Part shown: positions 19,268 through 28,234 of the stretch, in pieces
How the letters are laid out: each line of letters begins with the position of its first letter
Numbering within the stretch: position 1 is the first letter of the stretch
Source: Syntrophomonadaceae bacterium
GTDB taxonomy: Bacteria > Bacillota > Dethiobacteria > DTU022
Assembly: GCA_007121075.1 (NCBI GenBank)
Contig: SKMK01000033.1
Location: 312-64,311 of the forward strand
Reading direction: 5' to 3'
DNA length: 64,000 nucleotides
The notes under the pieces: generated by a model
What the model saw: only the letters and a program-made list of their open reading frames with translations
What the model was told of the DNA's origin: nothing
Databases searched by the model: none
Translations under genes and position numbers: made by a program

Positions 19268-19794
19268 TGCTGGTCCCTTTCTTCCCAGGAGGCGCCGGTC
19301 ACGCCCCGTGGAAAGAAGCGCCTGCTGATCAAACCCATGATAAAGGGCACCGGAAAGGTTAAAACATTGCGCAGAATGGCAATCCACGGATTGATCAGGC
19401 CGATTTCAAGCGGCAGCCTGGTAAAATCAAAAATTTGCTTGCCGGAAACAAAAGAAAATAACAGGTAAAAGGGGATTCCTTTCTCTTTGAACCCGGCTAT
19501 AAAAGGATAAAAGATATAGGGCCCGCCAGGGAAAAGCCCACCAGCCAGCGAGCTGAGGGCAATCCCCCTGCTCCCGGAGAATTTTTGCATCCAGCTTTTG
19601 ATCATATCCGAAGTGATCAGAACCTGCAGTTGGCCGATCACCAAAAAAGCGGCAATAATGAGCAGCAGGGCCCGTGAGGCCGTTATTCCAGCCGTCAACA
19701 ACCCCTCTGCAACCAGGTCCATTCCCCCGGAAATATAAACCGTTATAAACAGCATAACCGTAGCAACGGTCAGGATAATGGCTGTACTTTTCAT
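19264..19794 (-). CDS. Permease, N-terminal half of split COG0701/DUF318-type permease
   Basis: 176 aa, 5-6 TM; stop overlaps start of next ORF in ATGA arrangement at 19264-19267. Confidence 0.55.
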   Translation of the reverse strand: MKSTAIILTVATVMLFITVYISGGMDLVAEGLLTAGITASRALLLIIAAFLVIGQLQVLITSDMIKSWMQKFSGSRGIALSSLAGGLFPGGPYIFYPFIAGFKEKGIPFYLLFSFVSGKQIFDFTRLPLEIGLINPWIAILRNVLTFPVPFIMGLISRRFFPRGVTGASWEERDQQ

Positions 19795-19805
19795 TTAGAG
19801 CCTCC

Positions 19806-20678
19806 CTATAAACCTTCCTGCTTCAATTCGGCCAGAAAAGATTTCAACCCGGGAGCTAAATCTTTTCTCCTGAGAGCATATTCAATCGTGGCTTCCAGGA
19901 AACCGAGGCGGTCTCCCACATCGTATCGCCGCCCTTCAAATGTATAAGCCCAGACCGGTTGTTGTTCGGCAAGAGTATTTAAAGCATCGGTAAGCTGAAT
20001 CTCTCCTCCCGAACCGGGTGGCGTTTTTTCAAGAATATCAAAGATTTCCGGAACTATAATATAGCGTCCCAGCACGGCCAGGTCAGTTTTGGCCTCTTCC
20101 CGGGAAGGCTTTTCAGTTAAGCGACTGACACTGACCACACTGCCTTCCGGATCATCGGACTCAACCGCCCCGTATTTATGGATGTGATCAAAGCCCACCC
20201 TGCGCACACCCAAAACGGTATTTTCCATTTTCGCATACACATCGGCCATCTGCCCGATGCAGGGAACCCGGGCATGGATCACATCATCGCCAAGCAGGAC
20301 GGCAAAAGGTTCGCTGCCAACAAAACGGCGGGCACATAACACCGCATGTCCCAATCCAAGCGGTTCCTTCTGCCGTACATAAAATATATTGGCCAGAGCA
20401 CTGATCTTTTTCATTTCTTGCAGCTCTTGTTCTTTGTTCTTTTGCCCCAGGGCCTGTTCCAGTTCTATACTTCGGTCAAAGTGATCTTCAATCGATTGTT
20501 TATTGCGGCCGGTAATGATCAGGATATCTTCTATACCTGCATCAACAGCCTCTTCAACAACGTACTGGATAGTCGGCTTGTCTACTATGGGCAGCATTTC
20601 CTTGGGCTGTGCCTTTGAGGCCGGCAGAAAACGGGTTCCCAGGCCCGCAGCCGGTATTACAGCTTTTCTTATTTTCAT
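19806..20678 (-). CDS. galU: UTP--glucose-1-phosphate uridylyltransferase
   Basis: Start moved to MKIRKAVIPAAGLGTRFLPASKAQPKEMLPIVDKP (GGTGG RBS upstream); classic GalU motifs. Confidence 0.85.
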   Translation of the reverse strand: MKIRKAVIPAAGLGTRFLPASKAQPKEMLPIVDKPTIQYVVEEAVDAGIEDILIITGRNKQSIEDHFDRSIELEQALGQKNKEQELQEMKKISALANIFYVRQKEPLGLGHAVLCARRFVGSEPFAVLLGDDVIHARVPCIGQMADVYAKMENTVLGVRRVGFDHIHKYGAVESDDPEGSVVSVSRLTEKPSREEAKTDLAVLGRYIIVPEIFDILEKTPPGSGGEIQLTDALNTLAEQQPVWAYTFEGRRYDVGDRLGFLEATIEYALRRKDLAPGLKSFLAELKQEGL

Positions 20679-20913
20679 CCAACGGTTCACCACCTGGTTT
20701 AGTTTCAGTTTAGAATAGAGAAAATGTGAAAATAGATTTCTACGTACCGCACCAATTTCCCTTCCCACAACCGGATTTTATCGACAGAGAACAAACAAGC
20801 CTCTAATCCGCGGTTTTTTGAAGGATTTGAAGGTAACCCGGGCGAAGTATCGCCTTAAAGGCAAAGTACCAAATCTTAAATACAACTATAATCATCACCG
20901 GGAGGTGCTTGAA

Positions 20914-21951
20914 ATGGAAACAATGCGGGCGGCACAGTTAACAAAGCCGGGAAGGCCGCTGGAACTGGTTGAAGTGTCTATCCCCAGGCCGGAACCGGAC
21001 GAAATTTTATTAAAAGTAAAAGCGGCAGGTATCTGCAGCTCCGATCTGCACTACCAGGACGGAAGAAGCCAGGTCACAAAGCTGCCGATTACCCTGGGCC
21101 ACGAAGTGGCAGGCGAAGTCGTTGAATGCGGCGAAGAAGTAAAGGGGCTCAAGGCCGGTGACCGGGTATGCCTCTTCTACCTGGTTACCTGCGGCGAATG
21201 CATGGCCTGTTGCACTGGAAATGACAATTATTGCAGTGAAGCCGAAATGCTGGGCAAAAATATTGACGGTGGGTTTGCCGAATACCTTACGATTCCGGCC
21301 CGCAATGCTTTCCCTTTTCCGGAATCGATCCCCTATTCCCAGGCTGCCCTCTTAACCGATGCTGTGGCCACACCTTTTCATGCCCTGACCAGGGCCGGGG
21401 TAAAAACAGGAGACAGCGTTTTGATTATTGGCATTGGCGGCCTCGGCCTTCATGCCGTTCAAATCGCAAAAATAATGGGAGCCGGACAGGTCATCGCCAT
21501 GGACCTGGACCGGAACAAGCTGGATCTGGCCCAAAAAGTGGGAGCAACCGCCACGGTTAATCCCAGTCAAGACAATGCTCTAGAAAAAATCAGATCGTTA
21601 CCCGGGGGCGGAGCCGATGTGGCAGCTGAACTAATCGGACTGACCGAAACAGTAAGGCAGGCAATCGACTGCACGGCCGTCGGAGGAAGGACCGTAATTG
21701 TGGGCATCTGTCCTGAAGAGGTAGGGATCAGCCCCTATCACGATCTGCTCCTGAAAGAAAGGACCCTGCTTGGCAGTGCTGATCAAAGCAGGATTGATTT
21801 CCCGGTGATTATCGAACTGGCTGCCCAGAACAGGTTGGATATGTCGTATTCGGTCACCAGGGAGCTGCCTCTGGAAGAAGTTAACCGGGGCCTGGAAATG
21901 CTTAGGGAAAAAGAGGAAAACATAGTCAGGCTGGTTGTAACTTTTCCCTGA
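20914..21951 (+). CDS. Zinc-dependent alcohol dehydrogenase (MDR family)
   Basis: Start at METMRAAQL with GGGAGGTG RBS; GHEVAGEVVECGEEV catalytic Zn motif, structural Zn Cys cluster (CGECMACC), GIGGLG Rossmann. Confidence 0.8.
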   Translation: METMRAAQLTKPGRPLELVEVSIPRPEPDEILLKVKAAGICSSDLHYQDGRSQVTKLPITLGHEVAGEVVECGEEVKGLKAGDRVCLFYLVTCGECMACCTGNDNYCSEAEMLGKNIDGGFAEYLTIPARNAFPFPESIPYSQAALLTDAVATPFHALTRAGVKTGDSVLIIGIGGLGLHAVQIAKIMGAGQVIAMDLDRNKLDLAQKVGATATVNPSQDNALEKIRSLPGGGADVAAELIGLTETVRQAIDCTAVGGRTVIVGICPEEVGISPYHDLLLKERTLLGSADQSRIDFPVIIELAAQNRLDMSYSVTRELPLEEVNRGLEMLREKEENIVRLVVTFP

Positions 21952-21991
21952 GCCCGGCAACCTTTTTACCTGCCGGATAGTGATAAGTATC

Positions 21992-23473
21992 CTATCCGGA
22001 TTCAGTTTCCCAATGGATCCCGTCTCCTTTTTCTACGGTAACCAGGGCTGGAAATTCCTCCCTGACCCTGGCATCGATTTCCGGGGGAACAATCGGCTCA
22101 GAAGGCTCCTGGAGGATCTGCGCAGCAAGTTCTTCCGCCCGCTTCCAGCTGTCCTTGCTCCCGGCATCGATCCAGCGCTGGTAAGGCTGTCGATCGCTGG
22201 CCCGCGGGGCATAACTTTCAGTGCGCATGTACCTGACCGTATGCTCCTCACTGAGATAATTGCCACCGGGTCCAACCCTGGCAATAATATCATAGGCCAG
22301 CGTATCCTGGTTAATTTCAATCCCTCGTAAAGTGCGCAGGCAGCTTCCAACAATATCGTTGTCGATCACATACTGAGCATAAGAAACTGTAAGGGCCCCG
22401 TCGAGCATGCCAAACGCTTCATGAATAAAGTTCCCCCCGGCCAGGGCAGCCAACATGGCCGTAGTTGCTCCTTCATGGGCGGCCTGGGCGTCGGGAAGCT
22501 TGGAGTCGGTGGTGCCTACTGTCAAATAACAGGGCAGGCGGTAATAATGGGCCATCTGGGTAATGGCTGCATTCATCAAACCCGATTCTATACTGCCCAT
22601 CAAGAAAGACATGGTCCGCATATCCATGGTTACCGGTACAGCACTGTACAGGACGGGCGTACCCGGGTTAACCAACTGAGTAAGCATCACTCCCATCAGC
22701 GCTTCGGCATTTTGCTGAACGAGGGTGCCGGCCAGGGTAATCGGCGCCGTCGCTCCGGCGCAAGGAGCAGTCGAAGTAGCCAGGGGAAGGCCGTAGCGAG
22801 CTACTTCCATGATATATTCCGCATGCTCGGGGCTTATTTTTAACGGGCTGTTTATCGATGAAATAAAACCGACAAAGGGCCTGCGCTGTAAATTTTCCAG
22901 CCCCCCGGCGATAATTGAGGCAATTCTAATTGCATCTTCAAGCCCCTGCTTGCTGAAAATACCGCTCATTACCGGTTTTCCGGTATTCAGAAAAGCCTGG
23001 TACTTGGTATTGATACCCACAGTCTCGATATTGATATCATGCGGATAAAGGGGATTGATAAAAAAGTTCAGGTATTCCAGCCTGTCGGCAAGCCGGGCCA
23101 GTTCTGCAACATCGTGGATGGCCCCGGGTCGCTTGTTTCGTTCAAGATCCAAAACATAAAGGGCCAGTCCTCCGGTGCCAAAGTTAACTTTCTTGCCGCC
23201 GATGGTAATATCTTTTCCTTCCTGGCGGCCGTAAAAGACAAACTCGGCCGGAGCTTGTTTGATACAACGGGATACAAGATCCCTGGTCACATAGATCCGG
23301 TGGCGGTCATAATCAACCCTGGCTCCGTTTTTTTCAAACAACTCGAGGGTTGGCTGGTAATTAATTTCAAATCCTACTTTTTCCAGCACCTTGATCGATG
23401 TTTCATGGATCTGGCTTATCTCCTTTTCCGAAAGGACATTATAGCCCCCGCCTTCATAGGTCAATTTTTCCAT
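21992..23473 (-). CDS. MttB-superfamily (trimethylamine methyltransferase-like) corrinoid-dependent methyltransferase, non-pyrrolysine type, paralog 1
   Basis: 493 aa uninterrupted ORF (no amber); TIM-barrel MttB-family similarity along whole length; downstream of Opu transporter and CBS gene on same strand. Confidence 0.75.
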   Translation of the reverse strand: MEKLTYEGGGYNVLSEKEISQIHETSIKVLEKVGFEINYQPTLELFEKNGARVDYDRHRIYVTRDLVSRCIKQAPAEFVFYGRQEGKDITIGGKKVNFGTGGLALYVLDLERNKRPGAIHDVAELARLADRLEYLNFFINPLYPHDINIETVGINTKYQAFLNTGKPVMSGIFSKQGLEDAIRIASIIAGGLENLQRRPFVGFISSINSPLKISPEHAEYIMEVARYGLPLATSTAPCAGATAPITLAGTLVQQNAEALMGVMLTQLVNPGTPVLYSAVPVTMDMRTMSFLMGSIESGLMNAAITQMAHYYRLPCYLTVGTTDSKLPDAQAAHEGATTAMLAALAGGNFIHEAFGMLDGALTVSYAQYVIDNDIVGSCLRTLRGIEINQDTLAYDIIARVGPGGNYLSEEHTVRYMRTESYAPRASDRQPYQRWIDAGSKDSWKRAEELAAQILQEPSEPIVPPEIDARVREEFPALVTVEKGDGIHWETESG

Positions 23474-23526
23474 AGTTCCTGCCCCCCGACAAGCTATATT
23501 TAATAACTATTTGCTTTAATACCCTT

Positions 23527-24024
23527 TTAAGTCTGGTTAATTGTCTCCCATTTTTGTACCATGGCCCTGATTAAATCCGCCCTGGTAATAATCCCTGTTA
23601 GTTTATTGTTTTCGTCGGTTACCGGGATACGATTAATGCCGTTTTCATACATTAAACGGCTTACATCATATACGGGAGCATCTTCTTTAACCGAAATCAC
23701 TTCTGTCGTCATTAAGGTTTCCACGGTTGTGGAAGCAACCAGTTCTATCACTTCCACACCCCGGTGAGTAATATCAACATGGAGGACTTCTTTTCCCTTG
23801 GTAAATACCTGGTGAGGATCGCGCAGGGGCTGGCCGATTATTTGCTGGGTGTAACGAAGGATATCGGTCTCAGATACAACCCCGATTAAGTTATCCTCAT
23901 CATCAGTAACTGGCATTCCGCTAAAACTATTCTCATCCAAAATCTCAGCCGCTCTCTTCAGTGAAGTGTCCGTTTTGACGCTGATCACCGGAGAAGTCAT
24001 AATTTCTTTTGCCAATATCGCCAT
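23527..24024 (-). CDS. CBS-domain (tandem CBS pairs) protein
   Basis: Start at MAILAKEIMTSPV with GGAGGG RBS; four CBS-like repeats. Confidence 0.7.
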   Translation of the reverse strand: MAILAKEIMTSPVISVKTDTSLKRAAEILDENSFSGMPVTDDEDNLIGVVSETDILRYTQQIIGQPLRDPHQVFTKGKEVLHVDITHRGVEVIELVASTTVETLMTTEVISVKEDAPVYDVSRLMYENGINRIPVTDENNKLTGIITRADLIRAMVQKWETINQT

Positions 24025-24114
24025 ACTAATCCCTCCATAAATGCTTGTCAATAGATATTTCAAGCCACCAAAACCTAGCAACCACAAACATTCTTTAAGC
24101 ATTAATACAACAAA

Positions 24115-24144
24115 GGGGCAAGCAAGATTATCCCTGCTTGCCCC
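24115..24144 (-). terminator. Rho-independent terminator-like hairpin after opuAC-type gene
   Basis: Perfect 10-bp GC-rich stem GGGGCAAGCA/TGCTTGCCCC with 10-nt loop, followed on minus strand by TTTGTTGTATT. Confidence 0.5.
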
Positions 24145-24211
24145 CGCATTAACTGGCTGTTTTTCCCTTATTATATTAACTGCTTCATCATTTTACAGTC
24201 TTTTTTTCTGC

Positions 24212-25135
24212 TTACTCAATAAATCCTTCTTCACGCAACCACTCTTCTGCAACTTCTCTCGGAAGTTCTTCTTCCAGGTCAACTTTCATGTTCAGTGAAG
24301 ACATAACTTCCGGGGTCAACACGGCAGCGATGGGATTAAGAATGTCCGGGATTTCAGGAAATTCATCCAGGATATCCTGGCGAACTACCGGAGAACAGTT
24401 GTAAACCGGATGGAATTCCTGGTCGTCTACCAGGTTGACCAGGTTAAACTCAGCAATACGGGCATCTGTAGCAAAGCCCATTGCAGTGGCATGCATCCCA
24501 TCATTCAATGCGCCGTAGGTAATCCCGAGGTCCATAACTTCGTAACTTTCAAATTCAAAACCGTAATGCACCTGCAGCTGCTCCAGGCCGTCATCGCGAG
24601 CTTCGTATTCGTGGTCGGTAGCAAAAGACCATTCGCCCGGTTCGGGAGCTTCTACGCCTTCGTTAATGGCTTCAGCCAGGTCGCTGATTGTTTCGATGCC
24701 CATTTCTTCAGCATCTTCCTGGCGCATCATCACGGTGTAGGTGTTGTTAAACGGTGTCTTCTCCAGCCAGACCAGGTCATTTTCTGTCTGGTCCCATTCT
24801 GCTATGGTGGCATATGCTTCTTCCGGGTCGGTAATTACATCGTGCCCCATGAACTCAACCAGGGCAGTACCGGTGTATTCCCAGTACATCCCGATGTCCC
24901 CTCTTTCCAGGGCTTCACGGGCCACAACAGTACCGCCGAGGTTGGTTTCATCTTCCACCGGGATACCGGCATCTTCCAGGGCAACCAGGGCAATCTGGCC
25001 CAGGATCAACTGCTCGGTAAACTCTTTCGATCCTACTGTCACCGTAGGCTCATCAGGTTCACAGCCCATTACAAACAACGAACCTACCAGGAAAATCAAG
25101 ACTAAAGATAGTGTTAACAATCTTTTAATACTCAT
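24212..25135 (-). CDS. Quaternary-amine (glycine betaine/choline/carnitine type) ABC transporter substrate-binding lipoprotein (OpuAC family)
   Basis: 307 aa; signal peptide + lipobox (LFVMGCEP); OpuAC-type binding fold; in operon with OpuA/OpuC-type permeases and ATPase. Confidence 0.75.
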   Translation of the reverse strand: MSIKRLLTLSLVLIFLVGSLFVMGCEPDEPTVTVGSKEFTEQLILGQIALVALEDAGIPVEDETNLGGTVVAREALERGDIGMYWEYTGTALVEFMGHDVITDPEEAYATIAEWDQTENDLVWLEKTPFNNTYTVMMRQEDAEEMGIETISDLAEAINEGVEAPEPGEWSFATDHEYEARDDGLEQLQVHYGFEFESYEVMDLGITYGALNDGMHATAMGFATDARIAEFNLVNLVDDQEFHPVYNCSPVVRQDILDEFPEIPDILNPIAAVLTPEVMSSLNMKVDLEEELPREVAEEWLREEGFIE

Positions 25136-25280
25136 AAATATAATCTACCCCCTTCTACTCATTTGGTTTGGGAAAACAGCCAAACTCTAACTCTATTTCA
25201 CTTTAACTCTTAACCTTTATTATAACATCCAATCACAAATTTTTGCTAATATATATCAAAGTCTCTCCAAGCTTATATGA

Positions 25281-26003
25281 TTAAGACCAGCGGACAACCC
25301 GTTCTTCGGCTTTGCCAATCAAATAATCCAATAAAATGGCCGTAATAGCAGCAATAACCGCTCCATTCACGATAATCATATCCCGGTGAACTGAAAGCCC
25401 GGTTACGATCAGGTCCCCGAGGCCGCCGCCACCAATAAAGGTAGCCAGGGTGGCAGCACCGACATTAATCACGATAGCAGTCCTGAGGCCGGCCACAATA
25501 ATCGGAAAAGCGATCGGCAGTTCAATCCTGGTTAAAATGCGTAAGGGACGCATACCCATTCCCCTGGCCGCTTCAATAATACTGTGTTCAACACCGTCTA
25601 TACCGGCAAAAGTGTTCCTCAGAATGGGCAAAATCGAGTAGAGAAACAGGGCAAATACCGCCACCCTGAATCCCAGGCCTAATATGGTATAGAAAAGAGC
25701 CAGCACGGCCAGGCTGGGCACAGTCTGGCCGATGTTGACTATGGTTTCCATTACCCGGCCGATCCGGTACAGGCTGGGGCGGGACAGCATAATCCCCCCG
25801 GCCACACCGACGATCGTGGCCCCGGTCATCGAAACCAGGAGCAGGCCCATATGCTCCCTGATCACTCTAAAGACTCGCTCATAGGTGAGCATCCGGGCCA
25901 CGATGGAATCAGGAGGGTTATTGACAGAATAGATAACAATTGCTGCTGCAATTCCGATCATGATCAGCGGAATTCCGATCCAAACCCACAAAGTCCGTAG
26001 CAT
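25281..26003 (-). CDS. Quaternary-amine ABC transporter permease (OpuCD/OpuBD-like)
   Basis: 240 aa, 6 TM, ABC permease EAA-like motif (EAARGMGMRPLRILTRIELP). Confidence 0.8.
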   Translation of the reverse strand: MLRTLWVWIGIPLIMIGIAAAIVIYSVNNPPDSIVARMLTYERVFRVIREHMGLLLVSMTGATIVGVAGGIMLSRPSLYRIGRVMETIVNIGQTVPSLAVLALFYTILGLGFRVAVFALFLYSILPILRNTFAGIDGVEHSIIEAARGMGMRPLRILTRIELPIAFPIIVAGLRTAIVINVGAATLATFIGGGGLGDLIVTGLSVHRDMIIVNGAVIAAITAILLDYLIGKAEERVVRWS

Positions 26004-26005
26004 GA

Positions 26006-27124
26006 TTAGCTATCCTCCCTGACCACGTTGAGCAGGTCGCCCAGGGTGATTGTTCCTTGATACTTCTCATCTTCGTTAACTACGGCCACATAACCTTCAC
26101 CAATCTCAAGCATAACCGAAAGGGCATCGTTCAAAGTGGCATCGTCGGTTACCGTATCGGATACTTCCTGGAAGTAATCGCCTGCCACTTCACCTGTTTT
26201 TCGTTTTAGATCATTTACCCCGATAACTCCTTTCAGCTTGTTATCGCGATCGACAACTATAACCGTCCTGATATCACTTTCATCAAGCCGTTTTTTAACC
26301 TCTTCTTCCTTTGTGTCTTCCTTGAGTGCCGGTGCCCTGTCGACTTCTTCCAAAATTTCGCTGACCCGGATCAGGTGCAACCGCTTAATGGAGCGGTTCC
26401 TTCCTACCAGGTTTGATACAAATTCATCGGCCGGCGCGCTGAGCAAATCGCTCGGAGTGGCGTGCTGGACCAGTTCACCTTCTCTCATCACAGCGATGGT
26501 ATCGCTCATTTTAATCGCTTCATCAATATCGTGGGTAACGAAAACGATGGTTTTATCCACCCTTTCCTGGATCCTTAAAAACTCGTTCTGCAAGCGAGCC
26601 CTGGTGATCGGGTCAACCGCGCCGAAGGGCTCGTCCATGAGCATGATCGGCGGATCGGAAACCATCGCCCGGGCCACGCCGACCCTTTGCCTCTGGCCGC
26701 CGCTCAGGGCCGAAGGATAGCGATTTTTAAAAATTTCCGGGTCGAGTCCTACCAGGCTCATCACGTTATCTACTTTTTCTTTTACCTGGTCTTTGGGCCA
26801 CTGTTTTTCATTGGGGACGGTAGCGATATTTTCATAAATTGTCATGTGGGGAAACAACCCGATTTCCTGGATCACATAGCCAATATCCAGGCGCAGTTTT
26901 ATCGGGTCCATTTGAAGGGCGTCTTCACCCCGGATATATATCTTCCCCCCGGTTGGTTCATAAAGGCGGTTAATCATTTTCATGGTTGTAGTTTTTCCGC
27001 ACCCTGAAGGGCCAACCAGGACACAAACATCCCCCTCATTTACTTCCAGGTTCAGGTCCTTGACCGCGGGAATATTATGCCCCTTGAAAACTTTAGTCAA
27101 TCCTTCCAATTTTATCATGTTCAA
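26006..27124 (-). CDS. Glycine betaine/proline-type ABC transporter ATP-binding protein with C-terminal CBS domains (OpuAA/OpuCA-like)
   Basis: 372 aa; Walker A GPSGCGKTT, signature LSGGQRQRVGVARA, Walker B IMLMDEPFGAVD, tandem CBS at C-terminus. Confidence 0.85.
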   Translation of the reverse strand: MNMIKLEGLTKVFKGHNIPAVKDLNLEVNEGDVCVLVGPSGCGKTTTMKMINRLYEPTGGKIYIRGEDALQMDPIKLRLDIGYVIQEIGLFPHMTIYENIATVPNEKQWPKDQVKEKVDNVMSLVGLDPEIFKNRYPSALSGGQRQRVGVARAMVSDPPIMLMDEPFGAVDPITRARLQNEFLRIQERVDKTIVFVTHDIDEAIKMSDTIAVMREGELVQHATPSDLLSAPADEFVSNLVGRNRSIKRLHLIRVSEILEEVDRAPALKEDTKEEEVKKRLDESDIRTVIVVDRDNKLKGVIGVNDLKRKTGEVAGDYFQEVSDTVTDDATLNDALSVMLEIGEGYVAVVNEDEKYQGTITLGDLLNVVREDS

Positions 27125-27858
27125 TTCCCCTCCCTTGTGCTGCCTTCTACGGAAAACCGCTTCTCTCCATAATAGAGGAGGTAATCGAAGGCAATTGCGA
27201 TTATGGATACCCCGATTGCACCGGCAATAATCATCGGCTGGTGTCCCCTGGAAATACCGGAAAAGATCAGCTCACCCAGTCCGCCTGCTCCTACATAAGC
27301 GGCAATAGCGGCAATACCGATCATCATAACCGCTGCAGTCCGAACCCCGGCCATGATTACAGGCCTGGCCAGAGGGATTTTAATTTTGAAGAGAATACGC
27401 CGCTCCGTCATTCCCATTCCCTTGGCCGCTTCAACAATCGCCGGATCTAGCTCCCTGATCCCGGTATATGTATTTCTAACAACCGGCAGTAAGCTGTAAA
27501 GAACCAGGGCTACCACCCCGGTAGTAAAACCGATCCCAAACAATGGAACCATAAAGGCAAGCATGGCCATACTGGGAATAACCATCAAAACCTGGCATAT
27601 CCCCAGAACAGTTTGAGCAAGGCTTTCATAGTAGCTGATAATTATACCGATCGTTACAGATATGGTTACTGCAATTATCAAGGTCAATATAACCAGCCAG
27701 AGGTGTTCAAGCATCAATTCCAAAATCAAGTCACTTCGACGAGAAATGTAGTCAATCGTGTGGGCAATAATACCCCGGTCTCCTGCCTGGGCTATCGACT
27801 CAATGCCATTTCCCGCCGCCCTGAATGCATCAAACGCCATCCCTAATAATTGGTCCAT
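27121..27858 (-). CDS. Quaternary-amine ABC transporter permease (OpuCB/OpuBB-like)
   Basis: 245 aa; EAAKGMGMTERRILFKIKIP motif; overlaps ATPase start by 4 nt. Confidence 0.8.
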   Translation of the reverse strand: MDQLLGMAFDAFRAAGNGIESIAQAGDRGIIAHTIDYISRRSDLILELMLEHLWLVILTLIIAVTISVTIGIIISYYESLAQTVLGICQVLMVIPSMAMLAFMVPLFGIGFTTGVVALVLYSLLPVVRNTYTGIRELDPAIVEAAKGMGMTERRILFKIKIPLARPVIMAGVRTAAVMMIGIAAIAAYVGAGGLGELIFSGISRGHQPMIIAGAIGVSIIAIAFDYLLYYGEKRFSVEGSTREGN

Positions 27859-28234
27859 GAATCAGCAATCACCCTCTCTGTATTTTATATTTCAATTCAT
27901 TTAAGTAACCGGGTAGCCCCTGTTGTTTAAGTACTTACTATGTTGATTTAAATAGACCCGGGATAATCTTCTGGGAAGAACCCCAGTTAATTAAAATTGC
28001 GAAGTTTTATAAACTGTAAAATTCTATGTGGGTATTCTAGTTTCCTGGTATTTTATAAAATTATTTCACATATAAACCACGGTTACAACTAATACATTTA
28101 GTAGTAATTAGCTTTAAAACGTCATTATCCGGGCCTATTTATAGTTTTCGCCACATGAATACCTGTAAAGCGGATCCTTGTGGCGAAAACCTTATAAACA
28201 ATGAATATTTACTCTATACAGCCGGAATTCAACT

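Noticed and set aside
18779-19794. Frameshifted permease pseudogene
   Set aside because: The two half-size ORFs overlap in an exact ATGA stop/start arrangement (19264-19267), and each half has its own complete set of TM helices. This is more consistent with a genuine two-gene split permease than a frameshift.
21973-21999. Bidirectional terminator between convergent ADH and MttB paralog 1 (CCGGATAG-N11-CTATCCGG)
   Set aside because: The stem is only 8 bp and overlaps the mttB stop codon; flanking U/A tracts are weak. Possible but not convincing enough to list as a feature.
21992-23473. Pyrrolysine (in-frame UAG) in MttB homologs
   Set aside because: Both MttB-family ORFs (21992-23473 and 30328-31863) are uninterrupted at full length (493/511 aa); no amber read-through is needed, and no pylTSBCD genes are seen in the window.
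24410-25105. Long antisense ORFs in the ORF track (e.g. 24410-25105 +, 9826-10440 +, 43612-44352 +, 26238-26720 +, 29527-30099 +)
   Set aside because: They lie entirely inside and opposite to well-supported genes with clear family signatures. Their translations are low-complexity (Ser/Pro/Arg-rich) as expected for shadow ORFs in GC-balanced DNA.
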